64,000 bases of DNA from an uncultured bacterium (GCA_903934015.1 CAIZMI010000034.1:20378-84377); one strand, 5' to 3'. Numbered from the stretch's first letter, positions 1-9,282 are shown. Program-made: numbers and translations. Notes: a model not told the origin generated them from the sequence alone.

Positions 1-1830
1 ATCGGCCTCGCTCAGCGTATCGCCAGTGGCAAGGTTCCGGTTAATCTGATCGATAAACGTATTCTTTCATTAGATTTAGCAGCTGTATTGGCAGGCACAA
101 CTTTTCGCGGTGAATTTGAAGAACGTCTAAAAGAAATTCTGCGCGAAGTAAAAGAAACACCAAATATTCTTCTTTTTATCGATGAACTACATACTATTGT
201 TGGCGCAGGTTCCGCCGGTGGTTCTTTAGATGCCGCCAACATTCTCAAACCGGCCTTGTCGCAAGGAGATATTCAAGTAGTGGGTGCCACGACACTGGAC
301 GAATATCGAAAACATATTGAAAAAGACGCTGCCCTGGAAAGACGCTTTCAGCCGATTGTAGTACGCGAATCAACCGAAGAAGAATCAATCAGTATTTTAA
401 AAGGTGTTCGCGAAGCCTACGAAACGCATCACGGATTAGAAGTCACCGATGACGCCATTGAGGCCGCCGTTGCTTTATCCACTCGCTACATCACAGACCG
501 ATTCTTGCCGGATAAAGCTTTGGATTTACTTGACGAAGCCGCTTCCCTTGCCCGCCTAAAACTTGGAACTGAATCCAAAACCGATACCAGTGAATTACAG
601 GAAACCAAAGAAGAGCTAACGGAAACACAATCACAAAAGAATCGCGCGATTGAAGAAGAGCGCTATGAAGAAGCATTGGTTTTGAAAAAAGAAGAAAAAC
701 GGCTTGAAGAAAAAATCCATTCCCTACACACAATGCCCAAGGAAAAAAATCACGTTCACTCCATCACGCGCGATGATATCGCCTCCGTTATTGCCGAAAT
801 GACAGGCATTCCAACAACACGTCTTCTAAAAGCCGAAGAAAAAAAATTATTGCATCTCGAACGCACCATGGGCAGTCGCATCGTCGGTCAAAAAGACGCC
901 ATCAATACTGTCGCTCGTTTTATTCGTCGCTCTCGCTCCGGTATCGCCAATCCAAATCGCCCCGTCGGTTCTTTTATTTTCCTCGGTCCAACCGGTGTTG
1001 GAAAAACTGAACTGGCGAAAGTTTTAGCGCGCGAAATATATGAAGACGAAGACGCCTTGATTCGTGTTGATATGTCCGAATTTATGGAAGCACATGCTGT
1101 TTCTCGTTTGATTGGCGCCCCGGCCGGCTATGTTGGCTACGAAGAAGGTGGCAAACTCACAGAAAAGATTCGTCGTCGCCCCTACTCTATTGTCCTATTT
1201 GATGAAATTGAAAAAGCCCACCATGACGTTTTCAACATTCTTCTTCAAATTATGGAAGAAGGAGAGCTTACCGACACGCACGGGAAAAAAGCGAATTTCC
1301 GTAACACTATTGTTATACTAACCTCCAACATTGGTTCACAAGAACTGGCAAAAGAAGCAAAGATGGGCTTTGGCGTTACGGATGAAAAAGAAAAGAAAGA
1401 ATCGCAAGAACGTTACGATGAAGTAAAACAACGTGTTATGGGAAACTTGCGCGAAGAAATGGCCCCCGAACTTCTTTCCCGCATTGATCAAATAGTAGTT
1501 TTCCGCCCACTCGGTCTACCGGAATTACGTCGCATCACTGCTCTCAATTTGGAAGAACTCAAAGAACGTCTCCGCAAGCAACGTCTTGAGGCAACAATTT
1601 CCAATGACATCCGTGACCAAATTGCCGAACGTGCCTTTCAAAGCGGTGAAGGCGCTCGACCAATTCGTCAATTTGTCCAAGAATTTATCGAGGACCCGGT
1701 AGCCCAAAGCATTATTGAAGGGTCTATCCCCAGTGGCAATAAATTTAATATCATTTGGGAAGAAGGCAAAACCAAAATTGTCCCAATTGAATTAAAAAAA
1801 GAACAAAAGCAAAAAGTCGCCGCCTTGTAG
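1..1830 (+). CDS. clpC: ATP-dependent Clp protease ATP-binding subunit ClpC-like (AAA+ double ATPase), 5'-truncated by window edge
   Basis: The reading frame is open from nt 1 ([44 protein letters not shown]…). The D1 C-terminal region, a short middle linker, the D2 Walker A (GPTGVGKT) and sensor motifs are present. Stop at 1828-1830. Confidence 0.9.
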   Translation: MGLAQRIASGKVPVNLIDKRILSLDLAAVLAGTTFRGEFEERLKEILREVKETPNILLFIDELHTIVGAGSAGGSLDAANILKPALSQGDIQVVGATTLDEYRKHIEKDAALERRFQPIVVRESTEEESISILKGVREAYETHHGLEVTDDAIEAAVALSTRYITDRFLPDKALDLLDEAASLARLKLGTESKTDTSELQETKEELTETQSQKNRAIEEERYEEALVLKKEEKRLEEKIHSLHTMPKEKNHVHSITRDDIASVIAEMTGIPTTRLLKAEEKKLLHLERTMGSRIVGQKDAINTVARFIRRSRSGIANPNRPVGSFIFLGPTGVGKTELAKVLAREIYEDEDALIRVDMSEFMEAHAVSRLIGAPAGYVGYEEGGKLTEKIRRRPYSIVLFDEIEKAHHDVFNILLQIMEEGELTDTHGKKANFRNTIVILTSNIGSQELAKEAKMGFGVTDEKEKKESQERYDEVKQRVMGNLREEMAPELLSRIDQIVVFRPLGLPELRRITALNLEELKERLRKQRLEATISNDIRDQIAERAFQSGEGARPIRQFVQEFIEDPVAQSIIEGSIPSGNKFNIIWEEGKTKIVPIELKKEQKQKVAAL

Positions 1831-1945
1831 GGGCAATTCCAGCCGTCGCTAAAGCTATGGCCGGCAGGCATGAATTGCCCACATAGATAGCATAAAAATT
1901 TGTAAACATTTATTAAAAAAATCCACCAGTATCAACTGATGGCAT

Positions 1946-2437
1946 TTAGCGCCTCTGTCCGCAAAGCTGTTGCAGTTGCACTTCTTGGCGTGCGATATTT
2001 TCAACCCGCCTTAATTCCGGTTGCTTCAAATGTTCTGCTTCCTTCCAAATTTCAACAAGCTCCCTGAAACCATAGATACCGTCCCGCCACATGCGCACCA
2101 ACATCAGTATCGCGTTGTCGCTAGCTTTTTGAATACCCACAATTTCAGGATCACATTCAACAAAGCACTCTTGATCCATTCCCACCCCACTCAACCGGAA
2201 ATCGAAGGCGATATAATCCATTACCGCCGTCAGGTTGCGTCGCCTAATCATGCGACCGTCTTGCTCATAATAAGAAAGTTGCAGTATGGGCGATCCGACT
2301 CTTGGTAACCGCATCACGACATAAAGTTCACCGAGCGTCGGCTTAAAACTCTGCAAATCCGCTTGTAAGAAAATCTTGGTCACGTGAGAAACCCTTTTCA
2401 AAAAAAGAAAGAACCAGTACCAAAAACCCGCCACCAT
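1946..2437 (-). CDS. hypothetical protein
   Basis: 163-aa ORF on the opposite strand between clpC and comF; no recognisable motif. Confidence 0.3.
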   Translation of the reverse strand: MVAGFWYWFFLFLKRVSHVTKIFLQADLQSFKPTLGELYVVMRLPRVGSPILQLSYYEQDGRMIRRRNLTAVMDYIAFDFRLSGVGMDQECFVECDPEIVGIQKASDNAILMLVRMWRDGIYGFRELVEIWKEAEHLKQPELRRVENIARQEVQLQQLCGQRR

Positions 2438-2518
2438 TTATTAGCATATAATAATAAAAGACACAAGCCAAAAATACTGCTGATTCCCTTCTTTACCAAG
2501 GAAGGGTGTGGGTAGATT

Positions 2519-3286
2519 TTGTTGGTAATTTGTCATTATTGTGTTAAAAAATTAACAATGACCACACACGCCACCGTCAAAACAGTAAAAAAACTTCACA
2601 ATATTATTATCGACCTTCTTTTCCCGCCCGCTTGTGTGGGCTGTGATAATTTTGGCCCCTGGCTTTGTGACGATTGCCTTAAAAACATCGGCGCCCCGAT
2701 TGAAACCTGTATTTTTTGCAATGAAAAAACATTGCACGGACTTACCTGTGGTGATTGCCGGAAACACAACAGCTTAACAGGTATCATCAGCATTGGTGGC
2801 TACAAAAATCCGGTATTAAGAAACAGTATCCATGCCCTTAAATTTTCAGGCGTGCGCGATATCGCCGAACCATTAGGAGATTTGTTAGCTAAGAGCATCT
2901 TAAAAACTTTAGGGAGCGATTTAAACGGTTTTTCCATTATTCCCATGCCATTACATAAAAAACGGGAAAGAGAACGCGGTTTTAACCAATCGGCATTACT
3001 CGCCGACAGAATCTCTTCCTTGCTTTCCATTCCAGTCGCCAACCTTTTAATCCGCGAAAAAGCCACGACGCCTCAAGCGTCTCTCAATTCAAAAATGTTA
3101 GACTTGCGCCAAGAAAATATTGCTGATGCATTTATTATCAACCCGGAATATACGGCAATAATGCCTAAAAAAATAATTATCTTAGATGACGTAGCAACCA
3201 GTGGCTCAACCCTCAACGAAGCAACAAAATTATTAGGTGAAAAAGGAGTAAAAGAAATCTGGGGCGCGGTGGTTTGCCGAGGATAG
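2519..3286 (+). CDS. comFC: ComF-family competence protein (phosphoribosyltransferase domain, N-terminal Cys-rich zinc finger)
   Basis: N-terminal CxxC…CxxC pairs and a C-terminal PRTase motif (IIILDDVATSGSTLNEA). The alternative start at 2558 is equally possible. Confidence 0.8.
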   Translation: MLVICHYCVKKLTMTTHATVKTVKKLHNIIIDLLFPPACVGCDNFGPWLCDDCLKNIGAPIETCIFCNEKTLHGLTCGDCRKHNSLTGIISIGGYKNPVLRNSIHALKFSGVRDIAEPLGDLLAKSILKTLGSDLNGFSIIPMPLHKKRERERGFNQSALLADRISSLLSIPVANLLIREKATTPQASLNSKMLDLRQENIADAFIINPEYTAIMPKKIIILDDVATSGSTLNEATKLLGEKGVKEIWGAVVCRG

Positions 3287-3299
3287 ATTAGGAACGTTT

Positions 3300-3440
3300 C
3301 GCCCACTTCCGATGTGGTGCCGAGGCACTTCATCGGAAGTGGTGTAGGTTAGTAGCGTCGTAACGACGATACGCGAACCTAAACCACATCGAAGGAGATG
3401 CTTGACCCTGCGAGGGTTGCCGATAAAGCACCACCTTCGA
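3300..3440. other. three consecutive stem-loops (possible terminator or structured RNA) downstream of comF
   Basis: Three inverted repeats: cacttccgatg…catcggaagtg; ggtt…cgtcgtaacgacg…aacc; ccacatcgaagg…ccttcgatgtgg with inner accctgcgagggt. Confidence 0.4.
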
Positions 3441-3580
3441 TGTGGCTACTACGCCCAATATCCTCAACCGTTGAACGGATATAAAAACGCAAGTATTGTA
3501 TAACTAGCTTTAACATGGCAATCTTGAAAAGCGGTTCGTAGTTATCCGATTTCCAATCTCTGATATCCGAATTCCGCGCT

Positions 3581-3711
3581 GGAGAGGTGCCAGAGTGGCC
3601 GAATGGGCGTCCCTGGAAAGGACGTAAGTCCGAAAGGGCTTCGCGAGTTCGCCCACGCACCACGCAGGGTGCGGGGCGCCCAGAACCCAACGTGGTTCTG
3701 TGGCGAATCTC
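3581..3711 (+). pseudogene. tRNA-Ser(GGA) pseudo-copy with a 54-nt insertion in the T-loop and a divergent 3' end
   Basis: The first 70 nt are identical to the intact tRNA-Ser downstream (ggagaggtgccagagtggccgaatgggcgtccctggaaaggacgtaagtccgaaagggcttcgcgagttcg). A 54-nt hairpin-containing insert follows, then aatctc, then sequence that cannot pair with the acceptor 5' strand. Confidence 0.55.
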
Positions 3712-3751
3712 CTACCTATTCTTTAAAACTTTAGAAAAAATAATCAGCTTT

Positions 3752-3837
3752 GGAGAGGTGCCAGAGTGGCCGAATGGGCGTCCCTGGAAAGGACGTAAGT
3801 CCGAAAGGGCTTCGCGAGTTCGAATCTCGCCCTCTCC
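3752..3837 (+). tRNA. tRNA-Ser (anticodon GGA), type II with long variable arm
   Basis: Acceptor ggagagg/cctctcc; anticodon loop ctGGAaa; variable-arm hairpin gtaagtccgaaagggcttc; T-arm gcgag-ttcgaat-ctcgc. Confidence 0.85.
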
Positions 3838-3848
3838 GCAAAAATAAT

Positions 3849-3877
3849 GAAACGCCCTTGCGGCGTTTTGTTATTTT
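3849..3877 (+). terminator. rho-independent terminator after tRNA-Ser
   Basis: Hairpin aaacgcc-cttgc-ggcgttt followed by a T-rich tract tgttatttt. Confidence 0.6.
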
Positions 3878-3885
3878 GCCTGAGC

Positions 3886-3950
3886 AACCAACTGCTTGGC
3901 TCACGGCGAGATTTGAACGGCAAGCGATATCTCGCTCGACTGAATACGAA
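3886..3950 (+). repeat. tRNA-linked module 2, Ser copy: hairpin containing aactgcttg, then an antisense Ser T-arm (gcgagatttgaac), then a gaacggcaagcgat hairpin
   Basis: Same architecture as 6305-6365 downstream of tRNA-Lys (caactgcttg…gaatcgaacggcgagcgat). Confidence 0.5.
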
Positions 3951-4398
3951 GTATCGCAATCCCTAAAATTTGACTGAAATCGAGGGACTAGACACACTAA
4001 AACAAGTTGTTCTATTAGAAAATCCTTGAACAGGAGGCTGTTGATCATGTATAGAACACTCTTTTTGTGGTGGGTTGGGCAAAAACGCAAATTTCAAGCC
4101 TCGTTCGTCCACATTCGGCAACTTCTCTGGTTTCACGTGCGATTGCGCGGTAACGACTTTCATCCGTCACTACAACTTAACGCGAAGCGACGTTCTTCAA
4201 TGACACAGAGCGAACAAGATGGTTACGATTTGGAACTTACTCGGCGTCGCAGTTTGGCTCGCGAACTTGAACTGAAAAATGAAGACCTTGCCCGCACGCG
4301 CTTAGCAAACACTAAGACCTAATCTCTCAGTGTTTTTTTAACTTCCCTTTTTGCTTTATTTATCCTACGCTGGCCATATCAATCCTTAATCAAAATTA

Positions 4399-5157
4399 AT
4401 GTTTTACTACATTTTAATCGCCATCGTCGTCCTAATTTTCAGCTCTCTACGCATCATCAAAGAATACGAGCGTGCGGTAGTGTTCTTCCTTGGTAAATAT
4501 CAAGCCGTCCGTGGCCCCGGTCTCATCTTTCTTATTCCTGTTTTGGAGAAAATGAACAAGACCACCCTTCGCACAATCACGATGAATATTCCATCGCAAA
4601 AAATCATTACCCGTGACAACGTCTCTATCGATATCGCAGCGGTTGCCTACTATCACATTGTCGACCCGATGAAATCGGTAATTGCCATCGAAAACGTCTA
4701 CGATGCCGTGAATCAAATCAGTCAAACGACCGTTCGTAATGTTGTTGGTCAGTTTACACTCGACCAACTGCTCGCCCAAACCAGCGCCATCAATGTCCAA
4801 ATCAAGAACGTAATCGATGAACACACTGAACCATGGGGAGCGCAAGTAACAGCAGTGGAAATAAAAGACATCGTTCTGCCGGACAACATGCAACGCGCAA
4901 TGGCGAAGGAGGCCGAAGCCGAACGCGAACGTCGCGCCAAGGTTGTTGCTGCCGAAGGTGAATTCCAAGCTGCCCAAAAACTCGGCGAAGCGGCGGATTT
5001 AATCGCCGCCCATCCGGTGGCATTGCAATTAAGAACACTCCAAACAATGGCGGAAATCAGCGTGGAGAAAAATTCCACAATCATCTTCCCCGCCCAATTT
5101 ATGACAACAGTCCAAGAGGCAGTAAAAATGATATCCAATGACGGAATAATTAAATAA
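4399..5157 (+). CDS. SPFH/band-7 (stomatin/prohibitin-like) membrane protein
   Basis: N-terminal TM helix, SPFH core, and a C-terminal coiled coil (AEAERERRAKVVAAEGE). Confidence 0.85.
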   Translation: MFYYILIAIVVLIFSSLRIIKEYERAVVFFLGKYQAVRGPGLIFLIPVLEKMNKTTLRTITMNIPSQKIITRDNVSIDIAAVAYYHIVDPMKSVIAIENVYDAVNQISQTTVRNVVGQFTLDQLLAQTSAINVQIKNVIDEHTEPWGAQVTAVEIKDIVLPDNMQRAMAKEAEAERERRAKVVAAEGEFQAAQKLGEAADLIAAHPVALQLRTLQTMAEISVEKNSTIIFPAQFMTTVQEAVKMISNDGIIK

Positions 5158-5318
5158 CCGCGACAAACACATCAATACTAACCCACACCACTTCCAATAA
5201 AGGCCATCCGTGGTCACATTGGAAGTGGGTGCGACAATTCAAATTTGCCTTAATTTATAAGCACTTACATATTTTTTACCTGTTCAACTAATTAAAACAT
5301 CTGTGCTATTATTATGGC

Positions 5319-5888
5319 ATGGCAAAACCAACACTGGATTTGCGCCCAAACAGCACAAATGAAACAGAGATTGATGAAGAAATAGCACAATCACCCGCTC
5401 GTTCTGGTGGCAGCTTAAGCCATGGCCAAATTTATTTGGAATGGGAAGCGCCGGAATATGTTATTTATAAAAAAACTACTGTTTGGTATATCGGTTTCGG
5501 AGTTATGTTGGCGTTACTTCTTTCCATTGCGTTTATTATGCAAAGTTTCCTTACCGGAATTATTTTCCTGCTATCTGGTATACTAATCTTTTTTCACAGT
5601 GAACGACCGCCAAAAATCGTTTCATATGATCTGCGTACCACAGGAATAAGAATCGATTCCCGCATTTATCTTTATCGCGAATTATCAGCCTTCAATATTG
5701 TTGAACACGGTTCCAGTATTTACTTGCTATTAAAAAGCAAGCGCCTTTTAATGCCGTTAATCCACATTCCTCTCGCCGATAACCTTAACCATGAAGAAGT
5801 TTTGGACGCCATTTCTAATCACCTGCCCCAAGATCCGGATTTTGTTGAACCGTTAGCGGATGTGTTAGCGCACTGGCTGGGATTTTAA
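5319..5888 (+). CDS. hypothetical membrane protein
   Basis: 189-aa ORF with two predicted TM helices, co-oriented with the band-7 gene; no recognisable motif. Confidence 0.45.
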   Translation: MAKPTLDLRPNSTNETEIDEEIAQSPARSGGSLSHGQIYLEWEAPEYVIYKKTTVWYIGFGVMLALLLSIAFIMQSFLTGIIFLLSGILIFFHSERPPKIVSYDLRTTGIRIDSRIYLYRELSAFNIVEHGSSIYLLLKSKRLLMPLIHIPLADNLNHEEVLDAISNHLPQDPDFVEPLADVLAHWLGF

Positions 5889-6084
5889 AAAAACAAAACA
5901 TACAACTAACAACAAATGAAGGTTGTATTTTTTCATAAAATAAAGCAGAATAGGTTATCGTTTTACGCGCTCGTAGCTTCCCACTCCGCTCAATCTCTGG
6001 ATTGAGCTACGAGGGACAAGTATTGGAATAATAAACCATTGCCTGTCCACCGTAGCTCCGTTCCGCAGAATGGAGCGAAGGTGG

Positions 6085-6157
6085 GCGCTCGTAGCTCAAT
6101 TGGCAGAGCAGGGGCCTCTTAAGCCCAAGGTTGAAGGTTCGATTCCTTCCGAGCGCA
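6085..6157 (+). tRNA. tRNA-Lys (anticodon CTT)
   Basis: Acceptor gcgctcg/cgagcgc; D-arm gctc-aattggc-agagc; anticodon loop ctCTTaa; T-arm gaagg-ttcgatt-ccttc; discriminator A. Confidence 0.85.
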
Positions 6158-6426
6158 CTCTCGTTGATTAGTTTTGCGAAGCAAAACAATCCAAACGTAC
6201 ATAAAATAGCTCCACGTCCTGTGGAGCTATTTTACACAAGAATCAATGAACTCCGAAAGTTTGCGACAAGAGACGCAAAATTTCGGAGCTACCTTTGATT
6301 GCAACACAACTGCTTGTGTTGCGTGAAGGAATCGAACGGCGAGCGATGTTATGCAGAACCGCTCGCCGATGGCCAGATACTTGCGTATCAACGCGAGTTT
6401 CGAGGCCGATTCCTTCCGAGCGCACT
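6158..6426 (+). repeat. tRNA-Lys-linked miniature element ending in a 20-nt direct repeat of the tRNA 3' end
   Basis: cgattccttccgagcgcact occurs at 6140-6159 (inside the tRNA) and again at 6407-6426. In between are the conserved module 1 (two hairpins, acgtacataaaat, ttttacacaagaatca), a ctccgaaa…tttcggag hairpin, the aactgcttg hairpin, and an antisense T-arm gaaggaatcgaac. Confidence 0.6.
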
Positions 6427-6478
6427 AATATTAAACAAGCGCAGACCAAAGTCCGCGCTTATTTTTTATTTTAAATAA

Positions 6479-6691
6479 CTATTTTACGAGCTCAACAACA
6501 GATACTTTCAATACCGCGGCAATATTCTTAAGCGTCAAAATTGTCGGGTTTCCATTATCACCGGATTCAATCTTAGAAATTGTAATGTTTGATACATCCG
6601 CTTTTTTTGCCAATTCCGCCTGAGAAATCTTTCTTTCTTGTCGAAAGGCTCTGATACGCTTAGCGAATGGTTGTAGGGGCTTTTTTGCCAT
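6479..6691 (-). CDS. XRE-family helix-turn-helix transcriptional regulator (Cro/cI-like)
   Basis: 70-aa protein with a typical HTH_3 segment (ISQAELAKKADVSNITISKIESGD). Confidence 0.8.
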   Translation of the reverse strand: MAKKPLQPFAKRIRAFRQERKISQAELAKKADVSNITISKIESGDNGNPTILTLKNIAAVLKVSVVELVK

Positions 6692-6727
6692 ATGTTTTAT
6701 TTGATAAATTATAAAATGGTACTGCTT

Positions 6728-6761
6728 ATAGTATTAGAGTGTTCCAAGTGTGTCAACACTC
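6728..6761 (-). promoter_or_regulatory. sigma70-like promoter overlapped by a 7-bp-arm palindromic operator, upstream of the XRE gene
   Basis: Minus strand reads TTGACA, a 17-nt spacer, then TACTAT. The palindrome gagtgtt…aacactc overlaps the -35 box. Confidence 0.4.
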
Positions 6762-6799
6762 CTGTATGTAACCACCCACAGGTTAAAGCAAACAACGCA

Positions 6800-6833
6800 T
6801 TAAGGTCCGACCCTTGCAAAGGTCGGACCTTAA
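6800..6833. repeat. 34-bp near-perfect palindrome (copy 1 of 2)
   Basis: ttaaggtccgacccttgcaaaggtcggaccttaa. The second copy at 50788-50821 is perfect. Confidence 0.7.
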
Positions 6834-7022
6834 TCACGAAGAACACAACACGACGGCAATATTTGCTGATACAAACAAAATTCCTCCACCCGTGAACGGT
6901 TACTCCCGTATCTTCTGTTACAAACCGAAACCGACGGGGCGACAAAACAAACCCTCGCTATCCCTGTGACTAAGCGTCAAAAAACGATAAATTTTTTTAT
7001 TATGTCTGCCCCCCAACCTCTC

Positions 7023-7436
7023 CTATTTAATAATGTCTCTTTTTATTAAATCCGGTAATATTTTATTTCTGATAATCGGCGATACCCTATCTGTTACCAA
7101 ACCTTCCCTTCCCAACCAACTGAATTTCACTATCTCGTGCGAAGGAATTGGAACACCTACTATTTTACCAACATACAGCCGTATCGAAACGTCCTTGGTT
7201 GCATCTCCGGCGGCCACATCAACATATTCACCAACAAACTCCAAACTTTCTTTATCCAGCCGAACAGCAAGCTCTTCTCTGATCTCGCGAGCCAGACAAA
7301 CAATATCAGATTCACCATCTTCAATCCGCCCTCCAGGCAAAATATAGTCCGTGGTAAAATTATCCTTTTCACAAACCATGAACATTTTCTGATCTTCCGA
7401 CAATAGAAGTAACCCCACCTTGTTAAAATAAGCCAT
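7023..7436 (-). CDS. Nudix hydrolase
   Basis: Nudix box GGRIEDGESDIVCLAREIREELAV. Confidence 0.8.
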   Translation of the reverse strand: MAYFNKVGLLLLSEDQKMFMVCEKDNFTTDYILPGGRIEDGESDIVCLAREIREELAVRLDKESLEFVGEYVDVAAGDATKDVSIRLYVGKIVGVPIPSHEIVKFSWLGREGLVTDRVSPIIRNKILPDLIKRDIIK

Positions 7437-7466
7437 TTATTAAAGTATAATAGACAAATAATTTAA

Positions 7467-7748
7467 CTATTTTCCCTTATCCCCAATATTATTTTTTGGA
7501 ATAAACATGGAAACACCGCATCGCGCGCATATCCTACCGATTTTATCCTGCACCAACAAACGAATACCCAAAATTTCCAAACCTATAAATATCACCCATG
7601 ACCCTGGCACCAACGGTATTAGATGAATAATCAAACCAAAAACAACCAGTGAAAGACCAAGAACAACCCTTAGCTTGGACCTTTCCTTTATTTGGTCATA
7701 TATTTTACCCATGATTTTAAAGTAAGCAATCGTCCAATCGTTGCTCAA
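7467..7748 (-). CDS. small hypothetical membrane protein
   Basis: 93-aa ORF with a hydrophobic core (LVVFGLIIHLIPLVPGSWVIFIGL). Confidence 0.35.
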   Translation of the reverse strand: MSNDWTIAYFKIMGKIYDQIKERSKLRVVLGLSLVVFGLIIHLIPLVPGSWVIFIGLEILGIRLLVQDKIGRICARCGVSMFIPKNNIGDKGK

Positions 7749-8517
7749 TCCTCTTTTTTGCGTCCAAAACAGGCTTTAAGGAAACTTCTTCAACCAAGTG
7801 ATCCTCCACACTATACCCAAAAGGATTATCAAGATCCTTAATAAAATAGATCATATAAATCAAAATAAAACTAACGAAAGAAACAAAAAACACACTTTCG
7901 TAAAATGGATCCATTTTAATAAAAATCAAACCAATCACAAGTACTGCCGTAATTATCTCGGCGATAGCATAACCTGTCCCCAGAAACGATGTTTCCCTTA
8001 TTGTGTGGATACGAATAATCATTTTCCTTAACATATTCTGCTCCTGCTTCAAACGAACAATAAAATTGGCTTGCGTCAAACCTTCAAAAACTAAAAAATT
8101 ATCATTAAATGAAGACAATAACTTCATCACATTATCCGTACGTTCTTTTTTATAAAACCATTTTATCAATGTCTCATTAAACAGCGCCAATTTCCTTAAA
8201 TAATTCTTCGCCTCTTCGTTCTTTTTTCCGGCAAAAATAATCGACCCTTCATCCGCCATTGTTTCCAGACTCGCAGCCAAATCGCCCGGTAATTTTTCGC
8301 TTTCCTTATAATCAACCAGAGTTCCCGAAATCAAAAAACCGATTAAAAATATATTGGCGGAAATAATTGCCGTAAACAACGAGTTTAAGGTTAAAAACTC
8401 GAAAGCCGAATAATGCACGACAAATTTTACCAAAACAATTGCAACAACCATTGGAATTGTTTTCAATGCCAAACGCCAACGCGAATTTAAGGGGATTTTA
8501 TTGAGAAGTTTTTGCAT
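7717..8517 (-). CDS. hypothetical integral membrane protein
   Basis: 266 aa with multiple TM segments; no diagnostic motif. Confidence 0.5.
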   Translation of the reverse strand: MQKLLNKIPLNSRWRLALKTIPMVVAIVLVKFVVHYSAFEFLTLNSLFTAIISANIFLIGFLISGTLVDYKESEKLPGDLAASLETMADEGSIIFAGKKNEEAKNYLRKLALFNETLIKWFYKKERTDNVMKLLSSFNDNFLVFEGLTQANFIVRLKQEQNMLRKMIIRIHTIRETSFLGTGYAIAEIITAVLVIGLIFIKMDPFYESVFFVSFVSFILIYMIYFIKDLDNPFGYSVEDHLVEEVSLKPVLDAKKRIEQRLDDCLL

Positions 8518-8538
8518 TATTAATTCGAGAACAATTAA

Positions 8539-9192
8539 CTACTTGCCGACTTCCCGATTTTTACCTAACCTTGTTTTAACAAATTCATAAATAATCGGCA
8601 CCACCGAAAGACCAATAATCACCAAGATCACAAGTGAGAAATTTTCTTTAACTGCGGGAATGTTCCCAAAGAAATACCCGATTAGTGTAAAACTAAACAC
8701 CCACACAAAACCCCCCGTTGCATTATAATAAATAAATTTTCGATACTCCATCTGCCCAAGACCAGCCACAAATGGAGCAAATGTCCTGACAATCGGCACA
8801 AAGCGTGCCAAGAAGATTGTTTTCCCGCCGTGCTTTTGGTAGAAGGCATTAGTTTTATCGATATGCGCTTGATTAATCGGAATCCTCGGGCTATCAATCA
8901 ATTTCTGCCCAAAATAGTAGCCGATCCAATAATTAACCGTATCACCCAAAAATGCTGCCCCCCAAAGCAAAAACAAAAGACCAACGATATTAAACGACCC
9001 AATCGCCGCAAAAGCCCCGGCAGCAAAAAGCAACGAGTCACCAGGAAGCAACGGTAAGAAGACCAAACCCGTCTCCGCAAAAACAATTAAAAACAGAATC
9101 AAATATGCAAAAACACCATATTGAGTAATTATTTCTCCCAAATGAGTATCAATATGCAAAATAAAGTTAAATATCGCCGAAATTATACCCAT
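8539..9192 (-). CDS. DedA/TVP38 family membrane protein
   Basis: Conserved FAETGLVFLPLLPGDSLLFAAGAFAA and an FLARFVP motif. Confidence 0.85.
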   Translation of the reverse strand: MGIISAIFNFILHIDTHLGEIITQYGVFAYLILFLIVFAETGLVFLPLLPGDSLLFAAGAFAAIGSFNIVGLLFLLWGAAFLGDTVNYWIGYYFGQKLIDSPRIPINQAHIDKTNAFYQKHGGKTIFLARFVPIVRTFAPFVAGLGQMEYRKFIYYNATGGFVWVFSFTLIGYFFGNIPAVKENFSLVILVIIGLSVVPIIYEFVKTRLGKNREVGK

Positions 9193-9282
9193 GGAAATAT
9201 TGTTCGTGAGAGATAAAAACTATGCACACTTTTCAATTTTTTAAGGATATCATGACCACCCCATTTGGCCAACGCACCCCAA

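Noticed and set aside
491-1871. Several 60-130-aa antisense or alternate-frame ORFs inside clpC (for example 491-733 minus and 1112-1321 plus)
   Set aside because: They lie inside a strongly supported long CDS and have no motifs.
3581-3711. Reading the upstream tRNA-Ser(GGA) copy (and the upstream tRNA-Arg copy at 14018-14190) as functional intron-containing tRNA genes
   Set aside because: After the insert only 6-12 nt of tRNA identity remain. The 3' acceptor strand is absent or unpairable (Arg has cggcttg against gtctctg; Ser has cctacct against ggagagg). Splicing out the insert would not give a foldable tRNA. They are called pseudo-copies or element junctions instead.
4026-4322. 98-aa ORF upstream of the band-7 gene
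   Set aside because: It is low-complexity, Arg/Leu-rich and lies in a hairpin-rich intergenic trailer. It might hide a ~40-aa peptide (MTQSEQDGYDLELTRRRSLARELELKNEDLARTRLANTKT), but nothing supports that.
6243-6449. 68-aa ORF on the minus strand
   Set aside because: It lies entirely within the tRNA-Lys-linked element, including the direct repeat and the antisense T-arm. Its hairpin-rich sequence makes a real CDS unlikely.
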